A stretch of 32,000 nt of DNA from Pasteurella multocida. GTDB taxonomy: Bacteria; Pseudomonadota; Gammaproteobacteria; Enterobacterales; Pasteurellaceae. Location: the NCBI RefSeq assembly GCF_900187275.1, contig NZ_LT906458.1, forward strand, positions 300,001 through 332,000, read 5' to 3'. Below are positions 1 to 9,573 of the stretch, in pieces; positions within the stretch are counted from its first letter, which is position 1, and each line of letters opens with the position of its first letter. The notes below the pieces were generated by a model that worked only from the letters and a program-made list of their open reading frames with translations, was not told the origin of the DNA and searched no databases. A program made the translations under genes and the position numbers.

Positions 1-47
1 TTAAAGAAGGGATCGATCTGAATACGATCGAGTGGACGCACCACTAA
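1..47 (+). CDS. iscS: Cysteine desulfurase IscS, C-terminal end only (KEGIDLNTIEWTHH*)
   Basis: Reading from base 3 gives KEGIDLNTIEWTHH followed by TAA at 45-47, the typical IscS C-terminus; iscU follows downstream. Confidence 0.88.
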   Translation, partial: KEGIDLNTIEWTHH

Positions 48-205
48 TCGGAGAAACATTGCTACAGTCTTTGCCGATTGTTCGGTTTATTGATGTGATT
101 TACGCCGTCTAGAAAGGTAATAGAGGCAATGTTTTTAGGTTTAATATTAAGCGGTTTAGTCGTCGGACGCGATATTCGCGTTCAATAACATATGATTTAA
201 AGAGA

Positions 206-214
206 AAGTGCGGT
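206..214 (+). repeat. DNA uptake signal sequence core
   Basis: AAGTGCGGT exact match. Confidence 0.8.
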
Positions 215-278
215 TGTTTTTCAGTGAGTTTTAGCAACATGAAGAATCGGACTTTTATTAAACTGGAAGGAATACAAT

Positions 279-665
279 ATGGCATACAGTAATAAAGTAA
301 TTGATCATTATGAAAATCCACGTAACGTTGGATCTTTAGATAAGAAAGATGCAAACGTGGGGACTGGCATGGTAGGTGCACCTGCTTGTGGTGATGTGAT
401 GCAACTTCAAATTAAAGTCAGTGAAGAAGGCATTATTGAAGATGCAAAATTCAAAACTTACGGTTGTGGTTCAGCGATCGCCTCAAGTTCTTTAATTACA
501 GAATGGGTGAAAGGCAAATCACTTGATGAAGCACAGGCGATTAAAAACAGCCAAATCGCAGAAGAATTAGAATTACCACCTGTGAAAGTTCACTGTTCAA
601 TTTTAGCTGAAGATGCAATCAAAGCTGCGATTGCAGACTACAAAGCAAAAAAAGAAGCAAAATAA
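279..665 (+). CDS. iscU: Fe-S cluster assembly scaffold IscU
   Basis: MAYSNKVIDHYENPRNVGS..., GAPACGD and CGSAIASSS cysteine motifs; isc cluster context. Confidence 0.98.
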   Translation: MAYSNKVIDHYENPRNVGSLDKKDANVGTGMVGAPACGDVMQLQIKVSEEGIIEDAKFKTYGCGSAIASSSLITEWVKGKSLDEAQAIKNSQIAEELELPPVKVHCSILAEDAIKAAIADYKAKKEAK

Positions 666-682
666 TCATCTAAAATTCAGTT

Positions 683-702
683 GGGGCAATTTTGCCCCTT
701 TC
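683..702 (+). terminator. Hairpin GGGGCA-ATTT-TGCCCC followed by TTTT between iscU and iscA (possible attenuator)
   Basis: Perfect 6-bp GC-rich stem (683-688/693-698) followed by a T run, inside the operon. Confidence 0.5.
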
Positions 703-734
703 ACATTATAAGACGCAATGGAGTAGAGAATTTC

Positions 735-1058
735 ATGGGTATTTCCTTAACTGAAACGGCAGCAGATCGGGTACGAACCTTCCTCGCGAATCGTGGTAAA
801 GGCATTGGATTACGTTTAGGGATCAAAACTTCAGGTTGTTCTGGCTTAGCCTATGTCCTTGAATTTGTAGATGAGTTAAATCCTGAGGATCAGGTGTTTG
901 AACAACATGGTGTCAAAATCATTGTGGATGCCAAAAGTTTGGTCTATTTAGACGGCACTGAATTAGATTTCGCCAAAGAAGGATTAAATGAAGGCTTTAA
1001 GTTCAATAATCCGAATGTGAAAGATCAATGTGGTTGCGGAGAAAGTTTCCACGTTTAG
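735..1058 (+). CDS. iscA: Iron-sulfur cluster assembly protein IscA
   Basis: [17 protein letters not shown]..., C-terminal CGCGESF motif. The tracked ORF starts at 681, but the homologous start is ATG 735. Confidence 0.96.
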   Translation: MGISLTETAADRVRTFLANRGKGIGLRLGIKTSGCSGLAYVLEFVDELNPEDQVFEQHGVKIIVDAKSLVYLDGTELDFAKEGLNEGFKFNNPNVKDQCGCGESFHV

Positions 1059-1087
1059 CTGTTTTTTATCTGATATTTGAGTGAAAG

Positions 1088-1606
1088 ATGAACCCATTTA
1101 ATATTTTTGATTTACCAGTTGATTTTCATGTTGATCAAGCGACATTATCGGCACGTTATCTTGCCTTACAGAAATCCTTGCATCCTGACAATTTCACTAC
1201 GCATTCTGCACAAGAGCAGCGTTTAGCGATGCAACGGTCAGCAGAAGTCAATGATGCGCTACAAATTTTAAAAGATCCGATTTTGCGTGCGGAGACTATC
1301 ATTGCGATTTATACCGGTGAACAACAAAATATTGAAGAAAATAGCACCCGTGATATGGCATTTTTGATGCAACAAATGCAATGGCGGGAACAGCTAGAAA
1401 ATATTGAAGCGCAGCAAGACAGTGATCAACTGGTGGCGTTCAGTGCAGATATTGAACAAACGCAACAGGCTTTGTTAAGCGAATTAGCCGATGCATTGTC
1501 AAGCCAACAGTGGCAACAAGCAAAAGTCATTAACGACAAATTACGTTTTATTAAAAAATTATTGCTTGAAGTAGAACGTGTCGAAGAAAAGCTATTAGAC
1601 TTTTAA
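1088..1606 (+). CDS. hscB: Fe-S cluster co-chaperone HscB
   Basis: J-domain-like N-terminus with LHPDNF motif; located between iscA and hscA. Confidence 0.96.
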   Translation: MNPFNIFDLPVDFHVDQATLSARYLALQKSLHPDNFTTHSAQEQRLAMQRSAEVNDALQILKDPILRAETIIAIYTGEQQNIEENSTRDMAFLMQQMQWREQLENIEAQQDSDQLVAFSADIEQTQQALLSELADALSSQQWQQAKVINDKLRFIKKLLLEVERVEEKLLDF

Positions 1607-1634
1607 GTAGATTAAAACAACGACAAAATAAAAC

Positions 1635-1643
1635 TGCTATAAT
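1635..1643 (+). promoter_or_regulatory. Extended -10 promoter candidate TGCTATAAT upstream of hscA
   Basis: TG-N-TATAAT about 40 bp upstream of the hscA start. Confidence 0.45.
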
Positions 1644-1683
1644 ATAAAGTCAATAGGAAATAATAAGAGAATAGAGATAAACA

Positions 1684-3546
1684 ATGGCATTACTTCAAAT
1701 TGCAGAACCCGGTCAAAGTGCAAGTCCTCATCAACATAAATTAGCGGTAGGGATTGATTTGGGCACCACTAACTCGTTAATCGCGACTGTGCGTAGTGGT
1801 CAAGTGGATATTTTATTAGACGAAAAAGAACGCCCTTTACTCCCTTCCGTGGTGCATTTTGAACAAGATAACGTCATTGTCGGTTATGAGGCTGCTGAAT
1901 TAGCCAGTCAGAGTCCACAAAATACGATTGTTTCAGTTAAGCGTTTAATTGGGCGCAGTCTTGCCGATGTGCAACAACGTTATCCAAGTTTGCCGTATCA
2001 ATTTGAGGCAAGTGAAAATGGATTACCTTTAATCCGCACCAGTAAGGGCACATTAAGCCCAGTTGAAATTTCGGCAGAAATTTTGAAAAAATTGACCGCA
2101 CTGGCGGAAAAACGCCTAGCAGGAGAGTTATCTGGCGCGGTCATTACTGTGCCTGCGTATTTTGATGATGCACAGCGCCAAAGTACCAAAGATGCTGCAA
2201 AATTAGCGGGCATTAATGTGTTACGCTTATTAAATGAACCCACCGCTGCAGCGATTGCTTATGGCTTAGACAGTGGACAAGAAGGGGTGATTGCTGTTTA
2301 TGATTTAGGTGGCGGAACCTTTGATATTTCGATCTTACGTTTATCTAAAGGGGTGTTTGAAGTACTTGCAACTGGTGGAGATACCGCGTTGGGTGGTGAT
2401 GATTTTGATCACCAATTAATGGACTGGATCGTAGCGCAATCTGGTATTGCACCACAGAATGCACAGCAACAACGTCAACTTACAGAGCTTGCCACGCAAA
2501 TCAAAATTGCCTTAACGGATAAGCTTGAAACATCGATCTCTTATCAAGGCTGGCAAGGCAATATCAGTCGTGAGCAATTCAATCAGCTGATTCAAGGGTT
2601 AGTAAAACGCTCATTATTGGCTTGTCGTCGTGCCTTAAAAGATGCCGACGTAAGTGCTGATGAAGTATGCGAAGTGGTGATGGTCGGTGGTTCAACTCGT
2701 GTGCCGTTTGTGCGTGAACAAGTGGCGGTATTTTTCCAAAAAGAGCCGTTAACCTCGATTGATCCAGATAAAGTTGTGGCATTAGGTGCGGGGATTCAAG
2801 CGGATATTTTAGTGGGGAATAAACCCGATGCGGACATGTTGTTGTTAGATGTGATTCCACTCTCACTTGGCATTGAAACAATGGGGGGATTAGTAGAAAA
2901 AATTATTCCACGTAATACCACTATTCCAGTCGCGCGTGCACAGGAGTTTACCACCTTTAAAGATGGACAAACCGCGATGTCTGTTCACGTGGTACAAGGT
3001 GAACGTGAAATGGTCGCAGATTGTCGTTCCTTAGCGCGTTTTAGCTTAAGAGGTATTCCAGCGATGGCAGCAGGGGCGGCACATGTTCGTGTCACCTATC
3101 AAGTGGATGCGGATGGTTTGTTAAGTGTCACTGCGATGGAAAAATCCACGGGGGTGCAGTCATCCATTCAGGTTAAACCTTCTTATGGGTTAAGTGATGA
3201 TGAAATTACCAATATGCTAAAAGCCTCCATGCTGAATGCCAAAGAAGATATCCAAGCGCGTTTATTGGCAGAACAACGTGTAGAAGCGCAACGTGTATTA
3301 GAAAGTGTAGGTTCAGCATTAAGTGCTGATCAAGATTTATTAAATGACGAAGAATTAAGTGCGGTGAAAAACGCCATTATTTCTTTGCAACGCCTGCAAA
3401 AAGAAGGTGATACGCAAGAAATTAAGCAAGGTATTAAACAGCTTGATCTTGCAACACAAGAGTTTGCATCGCGTCGAATGGATAAGTCAATTCGTCAAGC
3501 CCTTGCTGGCAAAGCGATTGATGATGTAATGAAAAACGCAAAATAA
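1684..3546 (+). CDS. hscA: Fe-S assembly Hsp70-family chaperone HscA
   Basis: Hsp70 motifs [23 protein letters not shown] and [11 protein letters not shown]; isc context. Confidence 0.98.
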   Translation: MALLQIAEPGQSASPHQHKLAVGIDLGTTNSLIATVRSGQVDILLDEKERPLLPSVVHFEQDNVIVGYEAAELASQSPQNTIVSVKRLIGRSLADVQQRYPSLPYQFEASENGLPLIRTSKGTLSPVEISAEILKKLTALAEKRLAGELSGAVITVPAYFDDAQRQSTKDAAKLAGINVLRLLNEPTAAAIAYGLDSGQEGVIAVYDLGGGTFDISILRLSKGVFEVLATGGDTALGGDDFDHQLMDWIVAQSGIAPQNAQQQRQLTELATQIKIALTDKLETSISYQGWQGNISREQFNQLIQGLVKRSLLACRRALKDADVSADEVCEVVMVGGSTRVPFVREQVAVFFQKEPLTSIDPDKVVALGAGIQADILVGNKPDADMLLLDVIPLSLGIETMGGLVEKIIPRNTTIPVARAQEFTTFKDGQTAMSVHVVQGEREMVADCRSLARFSLRGIPAMAAGAAHVRVTYQVDADGLLSVTAMEKSTGVQSSIQVKPSYGLSDDEITNMLKASMLNAKEDIQARLLAEQRVEAQRVLESVGSALSADQDLLNDEELSAVKNAIISLQRLQKEGDTQEIKQGIKQLDLATQEFASRRMDKSIRQALAGKAIDDVMKNAK

Positions 3547-3566
3547 CCTTAAGAGATAGGATTAAA

Positions 3567-3902
3567 ATGCCAAAAGTTGTATTTTTACCCCACGAAGAAC
3601 TTTGCCCTGAAGGTTTAGCTTTAGAGGTAGCAGAGGGAGAAAACTTATTAGATGCAGCACTAGATGCCGGCATCGACATCGAGCACGCCTGTGATAAATC
3701 TTGTGCGTGTACCACCTGTCATGTGATTATTCGCGAGGGCTTTGATAGTTTAAATGAAAGCACGGATATGGAAGATGACATGCTTGATAAAGCGTGGGGG
3801 CTCGAAGTGGATAGTCGTTTGAGCTGCCAATGTTTGGTGGGGAAAGAAGATTTAGTGGTTGAAATTCCAAAATACAGTTTAAATCACGCGCGTGAAGAAT
3901 AA
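3567..3902 (+). CDS. fdx: ISC-system [2Fe-2S] ferredoxin
   Basis: MPKVVFLPHEELCPEG..., CDKSCACTTCHV cluster-ligand motif. Confidence 0.97.
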   Translation: MPKVVFLPHEELCPEGLALEVAEGENLLDAALDAGIDIEHACDKSCACTTCHVIIREGFDSLNESTDMEDDMLDKAWGLEVDSRLSCQCLVGKEDLVVEIPKYSLNHAREE

Positions 3903-3905
3903 ACA

Positions 3906-3930
3906 AAAGGCTCAACAAAGTTGAGCCTTT
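3906..3930. terminator. Bidirectional terminator between fdx and mtgA
   Basis: Perfect 10-bp inverted repeat AAAGGCTCAA-CAAAG-TTGAGCCTTT between convergent genes. Confidence 0.85.
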
Positions 3931-3954
3931 CTCTTTAAGAAAACTCTAAAATCG

Positions 3955-3963
3955 ACCGCACTT
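3955..3963 (-). repeat. DNA uptake signal sequence core
   Basis: ACCGCACTT exact match. Confidence 0.8.
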
Positions 3964-3974
3964 TCAGCATAGCG

Positions 3975-4715
3975 CTAATCTAACTGACTTAAATGCTGCT
4001 TTCCTAACAACCCCATTTGACGCTGAATATGCTGTTGTCTTTTTTTCACATAAGCACAGGGTTTGTCCACTTTGAAGATAATCGGGTTTGGAAGTACTGC
4101 TGCGAGTAATGCGGCTTCAGCATTGCTTAACTGTTTAGCCGGTTTGTGAAAATAATGCTGACTGGCAGCTTCTACACCAAAAATATTCGGTCCAAATTCA
4201 GCAATATTAAGATAGACTTCCAGAATGCGTTTTTTAGACCAAAGGGTTTCAAGCACGAGCGTGGTAGGCATTTCAATGGCTTTGCGCAACCAACTTTGCC
4301 CATGCCACAAGTATAGATTTTTAGCTGTTTGCTGGCTGATGGTTGAGCCTCCGCGGATTCTTTTTCCGCGTTGATTGTGTTGTAAAGCAGATTGAATGGC
4401 GTCCCAATCAAAGCCATAATGGGTCGTAAAGCGTTGATCTTCGCTAGCAATGACGGCTAACTGCATGGATTGACTTATTTGCTCAAGAGGGACCCATTGA
4501 TAATGGATCGTGCTACTCAAATTCCCTTCAAACAGATAGCCTATTTTTTGCTGTAGCATATAGGCAGAAAACGGAACGGGTACGAAACGAAACAGTACCA
4601 CACTTGAAAAAAACAGCACGAGAAATAGTGCAAAAGTGCGGTAAAGTTTGCGTTTAAATTGTTGCCAAATACTGAAACAAGGAAAAGGATGCTTAGTCTT
4701 TTTTAGCTTGCTCAT
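3975..4715 (-). CDS. mtgA: Monofunctional biosynthetic peptidoglycan transglycosylase MtgA
   Basis: GT51 motifs EDQRFTTHYGFD and RGGSTISQQTAKNLYLW. Confidence 0.96.
   Translation of the reverse strand: MSKLKKTKHPFPCFSIWQQFKRKLYRTFALFLVLFFSSVVLFRFVPVPFSAYMLQQKIGYLFEGNLSSTIHYQWVPLEQISQSMQLAVIASEDQRFTTHYGFDWDAIQSALQHNQRGKRIRGGSTISQQTAKNLYLWHGQSWLRKAIEMPTTLVLETLWSKKRILEVYLNIAEFGPNIFGVEAASQHYFHKPAKQLSNAEAALLAAVLPNPIIFKVDKPCAYVKKRQQHIQRQMGLLGKQHLSQLD
4634..4642 (+). repeat. DNA uptake signal sequence core (inside mtgA)
   Basis: AAGTGCGGT exact match. Confidence 0.8.
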
Positions 4716-5001
4716 CTAATTGTTCTTTTACCCACGCCATAAATTCAGGTGGCATGGTTTTAATCATATTTGAGCCACGAGTAATGGTGGCTGCGCTGGT
4801 ATTGAGATTTTGCTGAATTTCGCGTTGGGGTACGCTTTTATCTAATAATTGAGCGACAATTTGTAAGCGTAGTCCGACGGAGTCTCGTTCGTCAGGGGTG
4901 AGCAAGAGAGTTAAGATTTCCTGCTCTTTGCCTTGGGCGAATGCGGTGCGTAACATTTCGACGAAAGCATGCCATTGTTCAAGATTGCGACTTAAGTACA
5001 T
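4693..5001 (-). CDS. trpR: Trp operon repressor TrpR
   Basis: TrpR family: LLTPDERDSVGLRLQIVAQLL...SVPQREIQQNL..SAATITRGSNMIK; GGAGG RBS upstream. Confidence 0.95.
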   Translation of the reverse strand: MYLSRNLEQWHAFVEMLRTAFAQGKEQEILTLLLTPDERDSVGLRLQIVAQLLDKSVPQREIQQNLNTSAATITRGSNMIKTMPPEFMAWVKEQLDEQAKKD

Positions 5002-5027
5002 AGTATTTCCTCCCTTTGACTATCGCA

Positions 5028-7070
5028 CTAGTATAATCGATTATATTCATCTTGGCTAAATTTTTGCTGTGGTTGCTGTTGTAGCCACTGATAATACACA
5101 TCATAAGTCAACACATTTTGTACATAACCTCTTGTTTCATAAAAAGGTATCGAGGCAATGAACTCTGCCATACTTAATTTACCGTCCGCTTTCGCTAACC
5201 AACGATCCACTCGGCTTGCCCCCGCATTATAAGCCGCGGCAATTAAAATACGGTTATTACCATATTTATCATACAGTTGCTGCAAATGAGCGGTGCCTAG
5301 CATAATGTTATCAAAGGGATCAAACAGTTGCTTTTGATGCGTATAAGGCAAACCTGCTTCTTGGGCTGTTTGTTTTGCGGTACTCGGTAAGAGTTGCATC
5401 AGCCCTTGTGCATTGGCATGAGAGGAAACATAGGGTTTCCAAGCACTTTCTTGGCGCGCGATAGCCATCGCAAAAGTGCGCGAAACATTTTTATTATTGA
5501 GATGTAAATCGAACCAATCTAAATAGGCATTGGGTAAGCGCAGGGCAAGATAGCCCCATGCTTTGGCCTGAATTGTCGCTTCTACGCCTAAATCAAACCA
5601 AGCTTGTTCCGTGGCAAAGTGTGACAAGGCGAGTTTTTGTTCAAAGTTCGCTTTCTCCAATAAGGCTTTCCACTCAAGATTCATATATTGAGTGGCGTTG
5701 TGTTCGCGTAGTTCCGCGATCCTACTTAATTCAACGGAGAATTTCTCTTGTATATCTGTGGCAGAAGTCGAGCTAAAAACGTCCATTGCGGGAGCGTAGT
5801 CGATATTCAATTCCGCACTGGCTAACAAAGGGTAAAACCCGCGTTGTTTTGCTAATTGTTGAAAGATTTGTTGGGCTTGTTCAGTGGTTTTTTTATTTTG
5901 TGCGAAGACTTTTGCTTGCCAATAACGCCATTCTTCTTTCTGTTTGGCGCTATTGGACAACAAATCTAGCCAAGGTGTGAGCTCGGTTTTTTCACGCAGC
6001 GCGGTACGTAAACGGCGTTCTGTGAGCGTATCTTCTTTCAGCTCAAATAACTGTGCATCTCGCCATTTTTGCAAGTTGAGGTTTTCACTATCAAAGAGAT
6101 GGCTAATTAAGTGCTTTTTCCATTGACGTTGTTGTGCTTCAGATAACCTTAGCTTATTTGCCCATTGTGCATAGGGTTCAAAAGGATCATGCTGGTTTTT
6201 GATGTCCGTTTCTTTCAGCCGTTTTATCAACGCAGAAAAATGATTTAACAGGATTCGCTGTGCAAACGGATCATCCGCAGAAAGGGTATCAATAAAAAAA
6301 GCAGATTGAGGGTGCTGTAAGCGTAACGGATTTTTACTGAGCTGGTGGAGCTCATTTAGCCAGCGTTTCGTGTCTGCTTGGTCAGCTTGTTGTAATAAGG
6401 AAGCAAGTAGCGCTTGATTGCCTTGCTCAAAGGCGAGGACGGCACGTTCTTTTAATTCAGTTTCCTCAGGATAACCTTTTTCTTTCCAACGTGCGAAAAG
6501 CGTATCACAGGCTTTGGGTAAAGAAGCACCATTGCGCCATATTTGGGCGACTTGTTGTTGCCATTGTTTGAGGGAAAACGCTGGAGAATTAGGCTGCGTT
6601 TCATATTCCGCTTGTAACTGTATGCAACGTGAAGCCATATCTTTAGGGCGGAAAGGGGAGTGAATAATCGCTTGCCATTCAGCCTTGTCTTGAGCCTGTT
6701 GTAACCATTGTTTTTGCAATTCCGTTGTTAAGGGAAAAGACGGAAAATCGGTTTGGAATGCCTCAATCTGTGCTAAGGATAATTGGTCTTTGAGTGCTTT
6801 TAAGTAAGCGTATTGAGCGTAAGGATAAAGAGGATAATCCTCAATTTTTGCTAATAGGGCTTGCACAATCCGTTGCGTGTTTTCGGATTGTGAACGTTGC
6901 AGTAATTGATGTATTTTTTGATAAATCTGGCGTGCTTGCACTAAATTGGTCGTGGTAAGCGATGCCTCAGTAGGTTGAGTCTTATCTTCTGGTACGCTAA
7001 CAGACGCGGCAGCAAGTGACATCGACATCAAGGTCAGTAAATAAGTGAGCGCAATTTTTGTTAGTTTCAT
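5028..7070 (-). CDS. slt: Soluble lytic murein transglycosylase
   Basis: SLT domain: ARQESAWKPYVSSHANAQGLMQLLPSTAKQTA...LGTAHLQQLYDKYGNNRILIAAAYNAGASRVDRWL. Confidence 0.95.
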   Translation of the reverse strand: MKLTKIALTYLLTLMSMSLAAASVSVPEDKTQPTEASLTTTNLVQARQIYQKIHQLLQRSQSENTQRIVQALLAKIEDYPLYPYAQYAYLKALKDQLSLAQIEAFQTDFPSFPLTTELQKQWLQQAQDKAEWQAIIHSPFRPKDMASRCIQLQAEYETQPNSPAFSLKQWQQQVAQIWRNGASLPKACDTLFARWKEKGYPEETELKERAVLAFEQGNQALLASLLQQADQADTKRWLNELHQLSKNPLRLQHPQSAFFIDTLSADDPFAQRILLNHFSALIKRLKETDIKNQHDPFEPYAQWANKLRLSEAQQRQWKKHLISHLFDSENLNLQKWRDAQLFELKEDTLTERRLRTALREKTELTPWLDLLSNSAKQKEEWRYWQAKVFAQNKKTTEQAQQIFQQLAKQRGFYPLLASAELNIDYAPAMDVFSSTSATDIQEKFSVELSRIAELREHNATQYMNLEWKALLEKANFEQKLALSHFATEQAWFDLGVEATIQAKAWGYLALRLPNAYLDWFDLHLNNKNVSRTFAMAIARQESAWKPYVSSHANAQGLMQLLPSTAKQTAQEAGLPYTHQKQLFDPFDNIMLGTAHLQQLYDKYGNNRILIAAAYNAGASRVDRWLAKADGKLSMAEFIASIPFYETRGYVQNVLTYDVYYQWLQQQPQQKFSQDEYNRLY

Positions 7071-7130
7071 TCATTTCTCGAACAGATTAAGGATAAAAAT
7101 GATACAAATTTAGACCTGATTTGACAGGAA

Positions 7131-7139
7131 AAGTGCGGT
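7131..7139 (+). repeat. DNA uptake signal sequence core
   Basis: AAGTGCGGT exact match. Confidence 0.8.
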
Positions 7140-7168
7140 GTGTTTTTAATTTATTTTGAACAAGAAAA

Positions 7169-7190
7169 AGGGCGAAAGCTTTTTCGCCCT
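7169..7190 (-). terminator. Rho-independent terminator after yciI
   Basis: Stem AGGGCGAA/TTCGCCCT; followed by a T run when read on the minus strand. Confidence 0.8.
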
Positions 7191-7213
7191 AAGATAAATG
7201 ACATATAAAGGGA

Positions 7214-7516
7214 TTAAAAAACGCGTTTAAAGGGCTTGATGATGACATCCGCATATACGCCTGCTTCCACATAGGGATCTTCACTCGCCCATTGTTGCGC
7301 ATCCGCTAAGCTAGCAAATTGAGCAATCACGGTTGAACCAGTAAACCCAGCTTCACCCGGATTTTCACTGTCAATGGCGGGATTAGGACCCGCGACCAAT
7401 AGACGATCTTCTGCTTGGAGCTGAGTTAAGCGGGCGAGGTGTTTCTCACGCACGGCTAAACGTTGTGCTAAGGTGTTAGGGTTATCCTGTGCAAAAATAA
7501 CATAGTACATCATCAT
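7214..7516 (-). CDS. yciI: YciI family protein
   Basis: MYYVIFAQD...LRVAGPNPA-like core ([30 protein letters not shown]) and [14 protein letters not shown]. Confidence 0.93.
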   Translation of the reverse strand: MMMYYVIFAQDNPNTLAQRLAVREKHLARLTQLQAEDRLLVAGPNPAIDSENPGEAGFTGSTVIAQFASLADAQQWASEDPYVEAGVYADVIIKPFKRVF

Positions 7517-7535
7517 TTCTTTCCTTCTTTGTGGC

Positions 7536-7985
7536 TTAAGAGAGTGCTTGAGTTAATTCTGGGTTATTTTCTCGTGGTACCGCGCGAGGTCGTCCTTCTT
7601 TATCGACAGCAACAAACGTAAAGACCGCCTCAGTCACACAATAGCGTTCCCCAATCGGTTCACTGGCGACTTTTTTCACCCACACTTCTACTTTAATTTT
7701 AATAGATGAACGTCCCACACTTAAACATTTACCGTAACAGCAAACCACATCGCCTACCGCAATAGGACGGATAAAGGTCATGCTGTCGACTGCAATAGTG
7801 ACGACGCGACCATGTGCGATTTCTTTCGCTAAAATCGCGCCGCCCATATCCATTTGTGACATAATCCAACCACCAAAAATATCACCATTGGCATTCGTAT
7901 CAGAAGGCATTGCGAGAGTACGTAGTAATAATGTGCCTCGAGTATCACAGCTTTTTGAAGTATCAACGTGAGTTGTCATGATCAT
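7536..7985 (-). CDS. yciA: Acyl-CoA thioesterase YciA
   Basis: Hotdog thioesterase: [37 protein letters not shown]. Confidence 0.95.
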   Translation of the reverse strand: MIMTTHVDTSKSCDTRGTLLLRTLAMPSDTNANGDIFGGWIMSQMDMGGAILAKEIAHGRVVTIAVDSMTFIRPIAVGDVVCCYGKCLSVGRSSIKIKVEVWVKKVASEPIGERYCVTEAVFTFVAVDKEGRPRAVPRENNPELTQALS

Positions 7986-8536
7986 TCCTTATTGTTGCTT
8001 TTGGTTTGCGGAAGATAGCGGTAAATATAGATGCCGGTGATTATTGTGGCAATGAGAGTCATACCGAGAATACCGAACGTCTTAAAATCCACCCACAAAT
8101 CGTCCGATAAATATTGGCTAATATAAAGATTAATTAACATGCAGAGTAAGAAGAAAAGTGCCCAACCGAGATTGAGTCGATTCCATACCTGTTCCGGTAA
8201 CTCAAGCGCATCTTCTTTGCCTAACATTAGTTTTATCAGATTTTTATTAAAGCCATATTGGCTAACAAGTAAAACCAAGGCAAAAATGGCATAGACAATG
8301 GTCACTTTCCATTTTAAGTATTCAAGTTGATTAAAATACGCCGTTAATGTACCAAAAAATACCACAGCGATCCCCATAAACAGTTGTTGTTTTTCAACTT
8401 TGCCATATTTGATTTTTAGAATCAGTAATTGAATGAGGGTCGCGATGATCAAGGTAATTGCGGCTTCGCGGATGCCCACGAGCTTGTACACCGCAAAGAA
8501 CAAAATAAGTGGAATAAATTCTAATAATTGTTTCAT
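7982..8536 (-). CDS. yciB: Inner membrane septation protein YciB/IspA family
   Basis: [26 protein letters not shown]...; overlaps yciA by 4 bp. Confidence 0.93.
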   Translation of the reverse strand: MKQLLEFIPLILFFAVYKLVGIREAAITLIIATLIQLLILKIKYGKVEKQQLFMGIAVVFFGTLTAYFNQLEYLKWKVTIVYAIFALVLLVSQYGFNKNLIKLMLGKEDALELPEQVWNRLNLGWALFFLLCMLINLYISQYLSDDLWVDFKTFGILGMTLIATIITGIYIYRYLPQTKSNNKE

Positions 8537-8542
8537 GTTGGT

Positions 8543-9307
8543 TTACGCCTTTTGCATAAAAATAGTATAGAAACGGTAAGTGAAAACCAATGAGAAGACG
8601 GTTAAAAATGCAATTAACAAGGTAACGGCGATTTCTACGATTAAATTGGTTGCGATTGCTGCGAATTGGCGGATCACTACGGGTAATAAGAAATACACAA
8701 TCATGGAATATGAAAATAATGGGATAACCCGTTTGATCCCCGCCTTCCATGTTGTTTGGAATGATTGGATTAGACCCTCACGCGTGATTAGGTAATGTGT
8801 CGATGTTAAACAAAAACGGATGCACAGATAAAAACCGAATCCCACAGACAGTAAGGAAAACATCGAGGGTTGTGATTTCTTCACAGTTAATGAGAAAAAG
8901 ATTTCAGATAAACCAATAATAATTGGGGTGATTAATAGGATATTAATGATAAGGGCGCCGAAGAAACGCTGCAATGCTAAGCTAAAACTGGCATTGAGAG
9001 AAGGGTTACTTTGACTAATGTGATGGATAGAAATCAAGCACCATGCCGCAATGATAAAATCAATGATTTGGTGAAAAAAATATAAGGATATGCCATTGGG
9101 GGCAGGCGTGGAGATGCCTAAAACTTGGGCTAAATCGTCACTACTATTGCCTAGTGACATCACCTCAGTTGATGAAAAGCTACTTATCAATAAACTAATT
9201 AGAAAATTACTGAGAAAAAAAGCAAATACAAATGTGACAGTCGTTTGGCGCTGATTGCGCACAAAATTCCAGCTATCTTGAAAAATTTTTGTAAAATTAA
9301 TGGACAT
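8543..9307 (-). CDS. yciC: YciC family (UPF0259) inner membrane protein
   Basis: Multi-TM protein immediately upstream of yciB, as in enterobacteria/Pasteurellaceae; SINFTKIFQDSWNFVRNQ. Confidence 0.85.
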   Translation of the reverse strand: MSINFTKIFQDSWNFVRNQRQTTVTFVFAFFLSNFLISLLISSFSSTEVMSLGNSSDDLAQVLGISTPAPNGISLYFFHQIIDFIIAAWCLISIHHISQSNPSLNASFSLALQRFFGALIINILLITPIIIGLSEIFFSLTVKKSQPSMFSLLSVGFGFYLCIRFCLTSTHYLITREGLIQSFQTTWKAGIKRVIPLFSYSMIVYFLLPVVIRQFAAIATNLIVEIAVTLLIAFLTVFSLVFTYRFYTIFMQKA

Positions 9308-9465
9308 TTATAAACACTCATTTTAGGACAACAGATTGGCGCATTATACCGTTTTTTACGCCAAAATTCATACCAAATGTGCGTTTTTTTATTACGGATT
9401 CTTTTTGTTTAGCTTGGATGAAAAAAGAAACAATAAATACTATTTTTTAACAAAAATTTAAAAAC

Positions 9466-9479
9466 TTGATAAAGATCAG
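9466..9479 (+). promoter_or_regulatory. Candidate FNR box upstream of ompW
   Basis: TTGATAAAGATCAG against consensus TTGATNNNNATCAA: 9 of 10 defined positions. Confidence 0.6.
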
Positions 9480-9573
9480 TAAATCGCAGTTTGTGACATG
9501 GTATGTTAAATAAGCTAAAAAGACGTAATTTTTAGCGGATTTTTGACAATTTATAGACAGATGAGGTTTTGCA

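Noticed and set aside
109-381. 90-aa minus-strand ORF overlapping the start of iscU
   Set aside because: Antisense to iscU, no recognisable domain or good RBS; likely chance.
1998-2243. Several antisense ORFs inside hscA, fabB, argD, rng, tldD and other genes from the ORF track
   Set aside because: They lie wholly or mostly opposite well-supported genes and show no family motifs; expected by-products of open frames in coding DNA.
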